Part shown: piece after piece, positions 25,401 through 40,400 of the stretch | How positions within the stretch are numbered: position 1 is the stretch's first letter | Layout of the letters: each line of letters begins with the position of its first letter | Assembly: GCF_006345805.1 (NCBI RefSeq) | Contig: NC_043004.1 | Span: 74,276,001-74,340,000 of the forward strand | Direction of reading: 5' to 3' | DNA length: 64,000 nucleotides | From: Octopus sinensis | Lineage: Eukaryota | The notes under the pieces: generated by a model | What the model saw: the letters and a program-made list of their open reading frames with translations, nothing else | Databases searched by the model: none | Told to the model about the DNA's origin: nothing | Program-made: the position numbers and the translations under genes

Positions 25401-28400
25401 TTGGCAATGATGACACTGGAATGTTGCTTTTCACGTGCCACCAGCACATGTTCTGGTAAGGCAACGTTGGCAATGATGACACTGGAATGTGCTTTTCACG
25501 TGCCACCAGCACATGTTCTGGTAAGGCAACGTTGGCAATGATGACACTGGAATGTTGCTTTTCACGTGCCACCAGCACATGTTCTGGTAAGGCAACGTTG
25601 GCAATGATGACACTGGAATGTTGCTTTTCACGTGCCACCAGCACATGTTCTGGTAAGGCAACGTTGGCAATGATGACACTGGAATGTTGCTTTTCACGTG
25701 CCACCAGCACATGTTCTGGTAAGGCAACGTTGGCAATGATGACACTGGAATGGTGCTTTTCACGTGCCACCAGCACATGTTCTGGTAAGGCAACGTTGGC
25801 AATGATGACACTGGAATGTTGCTTTTCACGTGCCACCAGCACATGTTCTGGTAAGGCAACGTTGGCAATGATGACACTGGAATGTTGCTTTTCACGTGCC
25901 ACCAGCACATGTTCTGGTAAGGCAACGTTGGCAATGATGACACTGGAATGTTGCTTTTCACGTGCCACCAGCACATGTTCTGGTAAGGCAACGTTGGCAA
26001 TGATGACACTGGAATGTTGCTTTTCACGTGCCACCAGCACATGTTCTGGTAAGGCAACGTTGGCAATGATGACACTGGAATGTTGCTTTTCACGTGCCAC
26101 CAGCACATGTTCTGGTAAGGCAACGTTGGCAATGATGACACTGGAATGTTGCTTTTCACGTGCCACCAGCACATGTTCTGGTAAGGCAACGTTGGCAATG
26201 ATGACACTGGAATGTTGCTTTTCACGTGCCACCAGCACATGTTCTGGTAAGGCAACGTTGGCAATGATGACACTGGAATGTTGCTTTTCACGTGCCACCA
26301 GCACATGTTCTGGTAAGGCAACGTTGGCAATGATGACACTGGAATGTTGCTTTTCACGTGCCACCAGCACATGTTCTGGTAAGGCAACGTTGGCAATGAT
26401 GACACTGGAATGTTGCTTTTCACGTGCCACCAGCACATGTTCTGGTAAGGCAACGTTGGCAATGATGACACTGGAATGTTGCTTTTCACGTGCCACCAGC
26501 ACATGTTCTGGTAAGGCAACGTTGGCAATGATGACACTGGAATGTGCTTTTCACGTGCCACCAGCACATGTTCTGGTAAGGCAACGTTGGCAATGATGAC
26601 ACTGGAATGTTGCTTTTCACGTGCCACCAGCACATGTTCTGGTAAGGCAACGTTGGCAATGATGACACTGGAATGTTGCTTTTCACGTGCCACCAGCACA
26701 TGTTCTGGTAAGGCAACGTTGGCAATGATGACACTGGAATGTTGCTTTTCACGTGCCACCAGCACATGTTCTGGTAAGGCAACGTTGGCAATGATGACAC
26801 TGGAATGTTGCTTTTCACGTGCCACCAGCACATGTTCTGGTAAGGCAACGTTGGCAATGATGACACTGGAATGGTGCTTTTCACGTGCCACCAGCACATG
26901 TTCTGGTAAGGCAACGTTGGCAATGATGACACTGGAATGTGCTTTTCACGTGCCACCAGCACATGTTCTGGTAAGGCAACGTTGGCAATGATGACACTGG
27001 AATGTTGCTTTTCACGTGCCACCAGCACATGTTCTGGTAAGGCAACGTTGGCAATGATGACACTGGAATGTTGCTTTTCACGTGCCACCAGCACATGTTC
27101 TGGTAAGGCAACGTTGGCAATGATGACACTGGAATGTTGCTTTTCACGTGCCACCAGCACATGTTCTGGTAAGGCAACGTTGGCAATGATGACACTGGAA
27201 TGTTGCTTTTCACGTGCCACCAGCACATGTTCTGGTAAGGCAACGTTGGCAATGATGACACTGGAATGTGCTTTTCACGTGCCACCAGCACATGTTCTGG
27301 TAAGGCAACGTTGGCAATGATGACACTGGAATGTTGCTTTTCACGTGCCACCAGCACATGTTCTGGTAAGGCAACGTTGGCAATGATGACACTGGAATGT
27401 TGCTTTTCACGTGCCACCAGCACATGTTCTGGTAAGGCAACGTTGGCAATGATGACACTGGAATGTTGCTTTTCACGTGCCACCAGCACATGTTCTGGTA
27501 AGGCAACGTTGGCAATGATGACACTGGAATGTTGCTTTTCACGTGCCACCAGCACATGTTCTGGTAAGGCAACGTTGGCAATGATGACACTGGAATGGTG
27601 CTTTTTACGTGCCACCAGCACATGTTCTGGTAAGGCAACGTTGGCAATGATGACACTGGAATGTTGCTTTTCACGTGCCACCAGCACATGTTCTGGTAAG
27701 GCAACGTTGGCAATGATGACACTGGAATGTGCTTTTCACGTGCCACCAGCACATGTTCTGGTAAGGCAACGTTGGCAATGATGACACTGGAATGTTGCTT
27801 TTCACGTGCCACCAGCACATGTTCTGGTAAGGCAACGTTGGCAATGATGACACTGGAATGTTGCTTTTCACGTGCCACCAGCACATGTTCTGGTAAGGCA
27901 ACGTTGGCAATGATGACACTGGAATGTTGCTTTTCACGTGCCACCAGCACATGTTCTGGTAAGGCAACGTTGGCAATGATGACACTGGAATGTTGCTTTT
28001 CACGTGCCACCAGCACATGTTCTGGTAAGGCAACGTTGGCAATGATGACACTGGAATGTTGCTTTTCACGTGCCACCAGCACATGTTCTGGTAAGGCAAC
28101 GTTGGCAATGATGACACTGGAATGTTGCTTTTCACGTGCCACCAGCACATGTTCTGGTAAGGCAACGTTGGCAATGATGACACTGGAATGTTGCTTTTCA
28201 CGTGCCACCAGCACATGTTCTGGTAAGGCAACGTTGGCAATGATGACACTGGAATGTTGCTTTTCACGTGCCACCAGCACATGTTCTGGTAAGGCAACGT
28301 TGGCAATGATGACACTGGAATGTGCTTTTCACGTGCCACCAGCACATGTTCTGGTAAGGCAACGTTGGCAATGATGACACTGGAATGTGCTTTTCACGTG

Positions 28401-31400
28401 CCACCAGCACATGTTCTGGTAAGGCAACGTTGGCAATGATGACACTGGAATGTTGCTTTTCACGTGCCACCAGCACATGTTCTGGTAAGGCAACGTTGGC
28501 AATGATGACACTGGAATGTTGCTTTTCACGTGCCACCAGCACATGTTCTGGTAAGGCAACGTTGGCAATGATGACACTGGAATGTTGCTTTTCACGTGCC
28601 ACCAGCACATGTTCTGGTAAGGCAACGTTGGCAATGATGACACTGGAATGTTGCTTTTCACGTGCCACCAGCACATGTTCTGGTAAGGCAACGTTGGCAA
28701 TGATGACACTGGAATGTTGCTTTTCACGTGCCACCAGCACATGTTCTGGTAAGGCAACGTTGGCAATGATGACACTGGAATGTTGCTTTTCACGTGCCAC
28801 CAGCACATGTTCTGGTAAGGCAACGTTGGCAATGATGACACTGGAATGTTGCTTTTCACGTGCCACCAGCACATGTTCTGGTAAGGCAACGTTGGCAATG
28901 ATGACACTGGAATGTTGCTTTTCACGTGCCACCAGCACATGTTCTGGTAAGGCAACGTTGGCAATGATGACACTGGAATGTTGCTTTTCACGTGCCACCA
29001 GCACATGTTCTGGTAAGGCAACGTTGGCAATGATGACACTGGAATGTTGCTTTTCACGTGCCACCAGCACATGTTCTGGTAAGGCAACGTTGGCAATGAT
29101 GACACTGAATGTTGCTTTTCACGTGCCACCAGCACATGTTCTGGTAAGGCAACGTTGGCAATGATGACACTGGAATGTTGCTTTTCACGTGCCACCAGCA
29201 CATGTTCTGGTAAGGCAACGTTGGCAATGATGACACTGGAATGTTGCTTTTCACGTGCCACCAGCACATGTTCTGGTAAGGCAACGTTGGCAATGATGAC
29301 ACTGGAATGTTGCTTTTCACGTGCCACCAGCACATGTTCTGGTAAGGCAACGTTGGCAATGATGACACTGGAATGTTGCTTTTCACGTGCCACCAGCACA
29401 TGTTCTGGTAAGGCAACGTTGGCAATGATGACACTGGAATGTTGCTTTTCACGTGCCACCAGCACATGTTCTGGTAAGGCAACGTTGGCAATGATGACAC
29501 TGGAATGTTGCTTTTCACGTGCCACCAGCACATGTTCTGGTAAGGCAACGTTGGCAATGATGACACTGGAATGTTGCTTTTCACGTGCCACCAGCACATG
29601 TTCTGGTAAGGCAACGTTGGCAATGATGACACTGGAATGTTGCTTTTCACGTGCCACCAGCACATGTTCTGGTAAGGCAACGTTGGCAATGATGACACTG
29701 GAATGTTGCTTTTCACGTGCCACCAGCACATGTTCTGGTAAGGCAACGTTGGCAATGATGACACTGGAATGTTGCTTTTCACGTGCCACCAGCACATGTT
29801 CTGGTAAGGCAACGTTGGCAATGATGACACTGGAATGGTGCTTTTCACGTGCCACCAGCACATGTTCTGGTAAGGCAACGTTGGCAATGATGACACTGGA
29901 ATGTTGCTTTTCACGTGCCACCAGCACATGTTCTGGTAAGGCAACGTTGGCAATGATGACACTGGAATGTTGCTTTTCACGTGCCACCAGCACATGTTCT
30001 GGTAAGGCAACGTTGGCAATGATGACACTGGAATGTTGCTTTTCACGTGCCACCAGCACATGTTCTGGTAAGGCAACGTTGGCAATGATGACACTGGAAT
30101 GTTGCTTTTCACGTGCCACCAGCACATGTTCTGGTAAGGCAACGTTGGCAATGATGACACTGGAATGGTGCTTTTCACGTGCCACCAGCACATGTTCTGG
30201 TAAGGCAACGTTGGCAATGATGACACTGGAATGTTGCTTTTCACGTGCCACCAGCACATGTTCTGGTAAGGCAACGTTGGCAATGATGACACTGGAATGT
30301 TGCTTTTCACGTGCCACCAGCACATGTTCTGGTAAGGCAACGTTGGCAATGATGACACTCGAATGTTGCTTTTCACGTGCCACCAGCACATGTTCTGGTA
30401 AGGCAACGTTGGCAATGATGACACTCGAATGTTGCTTTTCACGTGCCACCAGCACATGTTCTGGTAAGGCAACGTTGGCAATGATGACACTGGAATGTTG
30501 CTTTTCACGTGCCACCAGCACATGTTCTGGTAAGGCAACGTTGGCAATGATGACACTGGAATGTTGCTTTTCACGTGCCACCAGCACATGTTCTGGTAAG
30601 GCAACGTTGGCAATGATGACACTGAATGTTGCTTTTCACGTGCCACCAGCACATGTTCTGGTAAGGCAACGTTGGCAATGATGACACTGGAATGTTGCTT
30701 TTCACGTGCCACCAGCACATGTTCTGGTAAGGCAACGTTGGCAATGATGACACTGAATGTTGCTTTTCACGTGCCACCAGCACATGTTCTGGTAAGGCAA
30801 CGTTGGCAATGATGACACTGGAATGTTGCTTTTCACGTGCCACCAGCACATGTTCTGGTAAGGCAACGTTGGCAATGATGACACTGGAATGTTGCTTTTC
30901 ACGTGCCACCAGCACATGTTCTGGTAAGGCAACGTTGGCAATGATGACACTGGAATGTGCTTTTCACGTGCCACCAGCACATGTTCTGGTAAGGCAACGT
31001 TGGCAATGATGACACTGAATGGTGCTTTTCACGTGCCACCAGCACATGTTCTGGTAAGGCAACGTTGGCAATGATGACACTGGAATGTTGCTTTTCACGT
31101 GCCACCAGCACATGTTCTGGTAAGGCAACGTTGGCAATGATGACACTGGAATGTTGCTTTTCACGTGCCACCAGCACATGTTCTGGTAAGGCAACGTTGG
31201 CAATGATGACACTGGAATTTGCTTTTCACGTGCCACCAGCACATGTTCTGGTAAGGCAACGTTGGCAATGATGACACTGGAATGGTGCTTTTCACGTGCC
31301 ACCAGCACATGTTCTGGTAAGGCAACGTTGGCAATGATGACATGGAATGGTGCTTTTCACGTGCCACCAGCACATGTTCTGGTAAGGCAACGTTGGCAAT

Positions 31401-34400
31401 GATGACACTGGAATGTTGCTTTTCACGTGCCACCAGCACATGTTCTGGTAAGGCAACGTTGGCAATGATGACACTGGAATGTTGCTTTTCACGTGCCACC
31501 AGCACATGTTCTGGTAAGGCAACGTTGGCAATGATGACACTGGAATGGTGCTTTTCACGTGCCACCAGCACATGTTCTGGTAAGGCAACGTTGGCAATGA
31601 TGACACTGGAATGTTGCTTCACGTGCCACCAGCACATGTTCTGGTAAGGCAACGTTGGCAATGATGACACTGGAATGGTGCTTTTCACGTGCCACCAGCA
31701 CATGTTCTGGTAAGGCAACGTTGGCAATGATGACACTGAATGGTGCTTTTCACGTGCCACCAGCACATGTTTGGTAAGGCAACGTTGGCAATGATGACAC
31801 TGAATGTGCTTTTCACGTGCCACCAGCACATGTTCTGGTAAGGCAACGTTGGCAATGATGACACTGGAATGGTGCTTTTCACGTGCCACCAGCACATGTT
31901 CTGGTAAGGCAACGTTGGCAATGATGACACTCGAATGTTGCTTTTCACGTGCCACCAGCACATGTTCTGGTAAGGCAACGTTGGCATGATGACACTGGAA
32001 TGTTGCTTTTCACGTGCCACCAGCACATGTTCTGGTAAGGCAACGTTGGCAATGATGACACTGGAATGTTGCTTTTCACGTGCCACCAGCACATGTTCTG
32101 GTAAGGCAACGTTGGCAATGATGACACTGGATGTTGCTTTTCACGTGCCACCAGCACATGTTCTGGTAAGGCAACGTTGGCAATGATGACACTGGAATGG
32201 TGCTTTTCACGTGCCACCAGCACATGTTCTGGTAAGGCAACGTTGGCAATGATGACATTCCAGGTCATCATTGCCACGTTGCCACCAGCACATGTTGCTG
32301 GTGGCACGTGGAAATGCAACATCCAATGTTCTTTGCCAACGTTGCCTACCAGAACATGTGCTGGTGGCACGTGAAAAGCAACATCCAGTTGTCATCATTG
32401 CCAACGTTGCCTTACCAGAACATGTGCTGGTGGCACGTGAAAGCAACATTCGAGTGTCATCATTTGCCAACGTTGCCTTACCAGAACATGTGCTGGTGGC
32501 ACGTAAAAAGCACCATTCCAGTGTCATAATTGCCACGTTGCCTTACCAGAACATATACTGGTGGCACATGAAAAGCAACATTCGAGTGTCATCATTGCCA
32601 ACGTCGCCTTACCACCAGAACATGGCTGGTGGCACGTGAAAAGCAACATTCGAGTGTCATCATTGCCAACGTGCCTTACAGAACATGTGCTGGTGGCACG
32701 TGAAAAGCAACATTCCAGTGTCATCATTGCCAACGTTGCCTTACCAGAACATGTGCTGGTGGCACGTGAAAAGCAACATTCCAGTGTCATCATTGCCAAC
32801 GTTGCCTTACCAGAACATGTGCTGGTGGCACGTGAAAAGCAACATTCCATGTCATCATTGCCAACGTTGCCTTACCAGAACATGTGCTGGTGCACGTGAA
32901 AGCAACATTCGAGTGTCATCATTGCCAACGTTGCCTTACCAGAACATGTGCTGGTGGCACGTGAAAAGCAACATTCAGTGTCATCATTGCAACGTTGCTT
33001 ACCAGAACATGTGCTGGTGGCACGTGAAAAGCAACATTCCAGTGTCATCATTGCCAACGTTGCCTTACCAGAACATGTGCTGGTGGCACGTGAAAAGCAA
33101 CATTCCAGTGTCATCATTGCCAACGTTGCCTTACCAGAACATGTGCTGGTGGCACGTGAAAAGCAACATTCCAGTGTCATCATTGCAACGTTGCCTTACC
33201 AGAACATGGTCTGTGGCACGTGAAAAGCACCATTCGAGTGTCATCATTGCCAACGTGCCTTACCAGAACATGTGCTGGTGGCACGTGAAAAGCAACATTC
33301 GAGTGTCATCATTGCCAACGTTGCCTTACCAGAACATGTGCTGGTGGCACGTGAAAAGCACATTCCAGTGTCATCATTGCCAACGTTGCCTTACCAGAAC
33401 ATGTGCTGGTGGCACGTGAAAAGCAACATTCCAGTGTCATCATTGCCAACGTTGCCTTACCAGAACATGTGCTGGTGGCACGTGAAAAGCAACATTCCAG
33501 GTCATCATTGCCAACGTTGCCTTACCAGAACATGTGCTGGTGGCACGTGAAAGCAACATTCGAGTGTCATCATTGCCAACGTTGCCTTACCAGAACATGT
33601 GCTGGTGGCACGTGAAAGCAACATTCGAGTGTCATCATTGCCAACGTTGCCTTACCAGAACATGTGCTGGTGGCACGTGAAAAGCAACATTCGAGTGTCA
33701 TCATTGCCAACGTTGCCTTACCAGAACATGTGCTGTGGCACGTGAAAAGCAACATTCGAGTGTCATCATTGCCAACGTTGCCTTACCAGAACATGTGCTG
33801 GTGGCACGTGAAAAGCAACATTCGAGTGTCATCATTGCCAACGTTGCCTTACCAGAACATGTGCTGGTGGCACGTGAAAAGCACCATTCCAGTGTCATCA
33901 TTGCCAACGTTGCCTTACCAGAACATGTGCTGGTGGCACGTGAAAGCAACATTCCAGTGTCATCATTGCCAACGTTGCCTTACCAGAACATGTGCTGGTG
34001 GCACGTGAAAAGCAACATTCCAGTGTCATCATTGCCAACGTTGCCTTACCAGAACATGTGCTGGTGGCACGTGAAAAGCAACATTCCAGTGTCATCATTG
34101 CCAACGTTGCCTTACCAGAACATGTGCTGGTGGCACGTGAAAAGCACATTCCAGTGTCATCATTGCCAACGTTGCCTTACCAGAACATGTGCTGGTGGCA
34201 CGTGAAAAGCAACATTCCAGTGTCATCATTGCCAACGTTGCCTTACCAGAACATGTGCTGGTGGCACGTGAAAAGCAACATTCCAGTGTCATCATTGCCA
34301 ACGTTGCCTTACCAGAACATGTGCTGGTGGCACATGAAAAGCAACATTCCAGTGTCATCATTGCCAACGTTGCCTTACCAGAACATGTGCTGGTGGCACG

Positions 34401-37400
34401 TGAAAAGCAACATTCCAGTGTCATCATTGCCAACGTTGCCTTACCAGAACATGTGCTGGTGGCACGTGAAAAGCAACATTCCAGTGTCATCATTGCCAAC
34501 GTTGCCTTACCAGAACATGTGCTGGTGGCACATGAAAAGCAACATTCGAGTTTCATCATTGCCAACGTTGCCTTACCAGAACATGTGCTGGTGGCACATG
34601 AAAAGCAACATTCCAGTGTCATCATTGCCAACGTTGCCTTACCAGAACATGTGCTGGTGGCACGTGAAAAGCAACATTCGAGTGTCATCATTGCCAACGT
34701 TGCCTTACCAGAACATGTGCTGGTGGCACGTGAAAAGCAACATTCCAGTGTCATCATTGCCAACGTTGCCTTACCAGAACATGTGCTGGTGGCACGTGAA
34801 AAGCAACATTCCAGTGTCATCATTGCCAACGTTGCCTTACCACAGAACATGTGCTGGTGGCACGTGAAAAGCACATTCCAGTGTCATCATTGCCAACGTT
34901 GCCTTACCAGAACATGTGCTGGTGGCACGTGAAAAGCAACATTCCAGTGTCATCATTGCCAACGTTGCCTTACCAGAACATGTGCTGGTGGCACGTGAAA
35001 AGCAACATTCGAGTGTCATCATTGCCAACGTTGCCTTACCAGAACATGTGCTGGTGGCACGTGAAAAGCAACATTCGAGTGTCATCATTGCCAACGTTGC
35101 CTTACCAGAACATGTGCTGGTGGCACGTGAAAAGCAACATTCCAGTGTCATCATTGCCAACGTTGCCTTACCAGAACATGTGCTGGTGGCACGTGAAAAG
35201 CAACATTCCAGTGTCATCATTGCCAACGTTGCCTTACCAGAACATGTGCTGGTGGCACGTGAAAAGCAACATTCGAGTGTCATCATTGCCAACGTTGCCT
35301 TACCAGAACATGTGCTGGTGGCACGTGAAAAGCAACATTCGAGTGTCATCATTGCCAACGTTGCCTTACCAGAACATGTGCTGGTGGCACGTGAAAAGCA
35401 ACATTCCAGTGTCATCATTGCCAACGTTGCCTTACCAGAACATGTGCTGGTGGCACGTGAAAAGCAACATTCGAGTGTCATCATTGCCAACGTTGCCTTA
35501 CCAGAACATGTGCTGGTGGCACGTGAAAAGCAACATTCGAGTGTCATCATTGCCAACGTTGCCTTACCAGAACATGTGCTGGTGGCACGTGAAAAGCACA
35601 TTCGAGTGTCATCATTGCCAACGTTGCCTTACCAGAACATGTTGCTGGTGGCACGTGAAAAGCAACATTCGAGTGTCATCATTGCCAACGTTGCCTTACC
35701 AGAACATGTGCTGGTGGCACGTGAAAAGCAACATTCCAGTGTCATCATTGCCAACGTTGCCTTACCAGAACATGTGCTGGTGGCACGTGAAAAGCAACAT
35801 TCGAGTGTCATCATTGCCAACGTTGCCTTACCAGAACATGTGCTGGTGGCACGTGAAAAGCAACATTCCAGTGTCATCATTGCCAACGTTGCCTTACCAG
35901 AACATGTGCTGGTGGCACGTGAAAAGCAACATTCGAGTGTCATCATTGCCAACGTTGCCTTACCAGAACATGTGCTGGTGGCACATGAAAAGCAACATTC
36001 GAGTGTCATCATTGCCAACGTTGCCTTACCAGAACATGTGCTGGTGGCACGTGAAAAGCAACATTCCAGTGTCATCATTGCCAACGTTGCCTTACCAGAA
36101 CATGTGCTGTGGCACGTGAAAAGCACCATTCGAGTGTCATCATTGCCAACGTTGCCTTACCAGAACATGTGCTGGTGGCACGTGAAAAGCAACATTCGAG
36201 TGTCATCATTGCCAACGTTGCCTTACCAGAACATGTGCTGGTGGCACGTGAAAAGCAACATTCGAGTGTCATCATTGCCAACGTTGCCTTACCAGAACAT
36301 GTGCTGGTGGCAGTTGAAAAGCAACATTCGAGTGTCATCATTGCCAACGTTGCCTTACCAGAACATGTGCTGGTGGCACGTGAAAAGCAACATTCGAGTG
36401 TCATCATTGCCAACGTTGCCTTACCAGAACATGTGCTGGTGGCACGTGAAAAGCAACATTCCAGTGTCATCATTGCCAACGTTGCCTTACCAGAACATGT
36501 GCTGGTGGCACGTGAAAAGCAACTTCCAGTGTCATCATTGCCAACGTTGCCTTACCAGAACATGTGCTGGTGGCACGTGAAAAGCACACATTCGAGTGTC
36601 ATCATTGCCAACGTTGCCTTACCAGAACATGTGCTGGTGCACGTGAAAAGCAACATTCCAGTGTCATCATTGCCAACGTTGCCTTACCAGAACATGTGCT
36701 GGTGGCACGTGAAAAGCAACATTCCAGTGTCATCATTGCCAACGTTGCCTTACCAGAACATGTGCTGGTGGCACGTGAAAAGCAACATTCCAGTGTCATC
36801 ATTGCCACGTTGCCTTACCAGAACATGTGCTGGTGGCACGTGAAAAGCAACATTCCAGTGTCATCATTGCCAACGTTGCCTTACCAGAACATGTGCTGGT
36901 GGCACGTGAAAAGCAACATTCCAGTGTCATCATTGCCAACGTTGCCTTACCAGAACATGTGCTGGTGGCACGTGAAAAGCAACATTCCAGTGTCATCATT
37001 GCCAACGTTGCCTTACCAGAACATGTGCTGGTGGCACGTGAAAAGCAACATTCCAGTGTCATCATTGCCAACGTTGCCTTACCAGAACATGTGCTGGTGG
37101 CACGTGAAAAGCAACATTCGAGTGTCATCATTGCCAACGTTGCCTTACCAGAACATGTGCTGGTGGCACGTGAAAAGCAACATTCCAGTGTCATCATTGC
37201 CAACGTTGCCTTACCAGAACATGTGCTGGTGGCACGTGAAAAGCAACATTCCAGTGTCATCATTGCCAACGTTGCCTTACCAGAACATGTGCTGGTGGCA
37301 CGTGAAAAGCAACATTCCAGTGTCATCATTGCCAACGTTGCCTTACCAGAACATGTGCTGGTGGCACGTGAAAAGCACATTCGAGTGTCATCATTGCCAA

Positions 37401-40400
37401 CGTTGCCTTACCAGAACATGTGCTGGTGGCACGTGAAAAGCAACATTCGAGTGTCATCATTGCCAACGTTGCCTTACCAGAACATGTGCTGGTGGCACGT
37501 GAAAAGCAACATTCCAGTGTCATCATTGCCAACGTTGCCTTACCAGAACATGTGCTGGTGGCACGTGAAAAGCAACATTCCAGTGTCATCATTGCCAACG
37601 TTGCCTTACCAGAACATGTGCTGGTGGCACGTGAAAAGCAACATTCGAGTGTCATCATTGCCAACGTTGCCTTACCAGAACATGTGCTGGTGGCACGTGA
37701 AAAGCAACATTCGAGTGTCATCATTGCCAACGTTGCCTTACCAGAACATGTGCTGGTGGCACGTGAAAAGCAACATTCCAGTGTCATCATTGCCAACGTT
37801 GCCTTACCAGAACATGTGCTGGTGGCACGTGAAAAGCACCATTCGAGTGTCATCATTGCCAACGTTGCCTTACCAGAACATGTGCTGGTGGCACGTGAAA
37901 AGCAACATTCGAGTGTCATCATTGCCAACGTTGCCTTACCAGAACATGTGCTGGTGGCACGTGAAAAGCAACATTCCAGTGTCATCATTGCCAACGTTGC
38001 CTTACCAGAACATGTGCTGGTGGCACGTGAAAAGCAACATTCGAGTGTCATCATTGCCAACGTTGCCTTACCAGAACATATGCTGGTGGCACGTGAAAAG
38101 CAACATTCGAGTGTCATCATTGCCAAAGTTGCCTTACCAGAACATATGCTGGTGGCACGTGAAAAGCAACATTCCAGTGTCATCATTGCCAAAGTTGCCT
38201 TACCAGAACATATGCTGGTGGCACGTGAAAAGCAACATTCGAGTGTCATCATTGCCAAAGTTGCCTTACCAGAACATATGCTGGTGGCACGTGAAAAGCA
38301 ACATTCCAGTGTCATCATTGCCAACGTTGCCTTACCAGAACATGTGCTGGTGGCACATGAAAAGCAACATTCGAGTGTCATCATTGCCAAAGTTGCCTTA
38401 CCAGAACATGTGCTGGTGGCACGTGAAAAGCAACATTCCAGTGTCATCATTGCCAACGTTGCCTTACCAGAACATGTGCTGGTGGCACGTGAAAAGCAAC
38501 ATTCGAGTGTCATCATTGCCAACGTTGCCTTACCAGAACATGTGCTGGTGGCACGTGAAAAGCAACATTCCAGTGTCATCATTGCCAACGTTGCCTTACC
38601 AGAACATGTGCTGGTGGCACGTGAAAAGCAACATTCCAGTGTCATCATTGCCAACGTTGCCTTACCAGAACATGTGCTGGTGGCACGTGAAAAGCAACAT
38701 TCGAGTGTCATCATTGCCAACGTTGCCTTACCAGAACATGTGCTGGTGGCACGAAAAAAGCACATTCCAGTGTCATCATTGCCAACGTTGCCTTACCAGA
38801 ACATGTGCTGGTGGCACGTGAAAAGCAACATTCCAGTGTCATCATTGCCAACGTTGCCTTACCAGAACATGTGCTGGTGGCACGTGAAAAGCAACATTCC
38901 AGTGTCATCATTGCCAACGTTGCCTTACCAGAACATGTGCTGGTGGCACGTGAAAAGCAACATTCCAGTGTCATCATTGCCAACGTTGCCTTACCAGAAC
39001 ATGTGCTGGTGGCACGTGAAAAGCAACATTCCAGTGTCATCATTGCCAACGTTGCCTTACCAGAACATGTGCTGGTGGCACGTGAAAAGCAACATTCGAG
39101 TGTCATCATTGCCAACGTTGCCTTACCAGAACATGTGCTGGTGGCACGTGAAAAGCAACATTCCAGTGTCATCATTGCCAACGTTGCCTTACCAGAACAT
39201 GTGCTGGTGGCACGTGAAAAGCAACATTCCAGTGTCATCATTGCCAACGTTGCCTTACCAGAACATGTGCTGGTGGCACGTGAAAAGCAACATTCGAGTG
39301 TCATCATTGCCAACGTTGCCTTACCAGAACATGTGCTGGTGGCACGTGAAAAGCACATTCGAGTGTCATCATTGCCAACGTTGCCTTACCAGAACATGTG
39401 CTGGTGGCACGTGAAAAGCAACATTCCAGTGTCATCATTGCCAACGTTGCCTTACCAGAACATGTGCTGGTGGCACGTGAAAGCAACATTCGAGTGTCAT
39501 CATTGCCAACGTTGCCTTACCAGAACATGTGCTGGTGGCACGTGAAAAGCAACATTCCAGTGTCATCATTGCCAACGTTGCCTTACCAGAACATGTGCTG
39601 GTGGCACGTGAAAAGCAACATTCCAGTGTCATCATTGCCAACGTTGCCTTACCAGAACATGTGCTGGTGGCACGTGAAAAGCAACATTCCAGTGTCATCA
39701 TTGCCAACGTTGCCTTACCAGAACATGTGCTGGTGGCACGTGAAAAGCACCATTCGAGTGTCATCATTGCCAACGTTGCCTTACCAGAACATGTGCTGGT
39801 GGCACGTGAAAAGCAACATTCGAGTGTCATCATTGCCAACGTTGCCTTACCAGAACATGTGCTGGTGGCACGTGAAAAGCACATCCAGTGTCCATCATTT
39901 CATCATTGCCAACGTTGCCTTACCAGAACATGTGCTGGTGGCACGTGAAAAGCAACATTCGAGTGTCATCATTGCCAACGTTGCCTTACCAGAACATGTG
40001 CTGGTGGCACGTGAAAAGCACATTCCAGTGTCATCATTGCCAACGTTGCCTTACCAGAACATGTGCTGGTGGCACGTGAAAAGCAACATTCCAGTGTCAT
40101 CATTGCCAACGTTGCCTTACCAGAACATGTGCTGGTGGCACGTGAAAAGCAACATTCCAGTGTCATCATTGCCAACGTTGCCTTACCAGAACATGTGCTG
40201 GTGGCACGTGAAAAGCAACATTCGAGTGTCATCATTGCCAACGTTGCCTTACCAGAACATGTGCTGGTGGCACGTGAAAAGCAACATTCGAGTGTCATCA
40301 TTGCCAACGTTGCCTTACCAGAACATGTGCTGGTGGCACGTGAAAAGCAACATTCGAGTGTCATCATTGCCAACGTTGCCTTACCAGAACATGTGCTGGT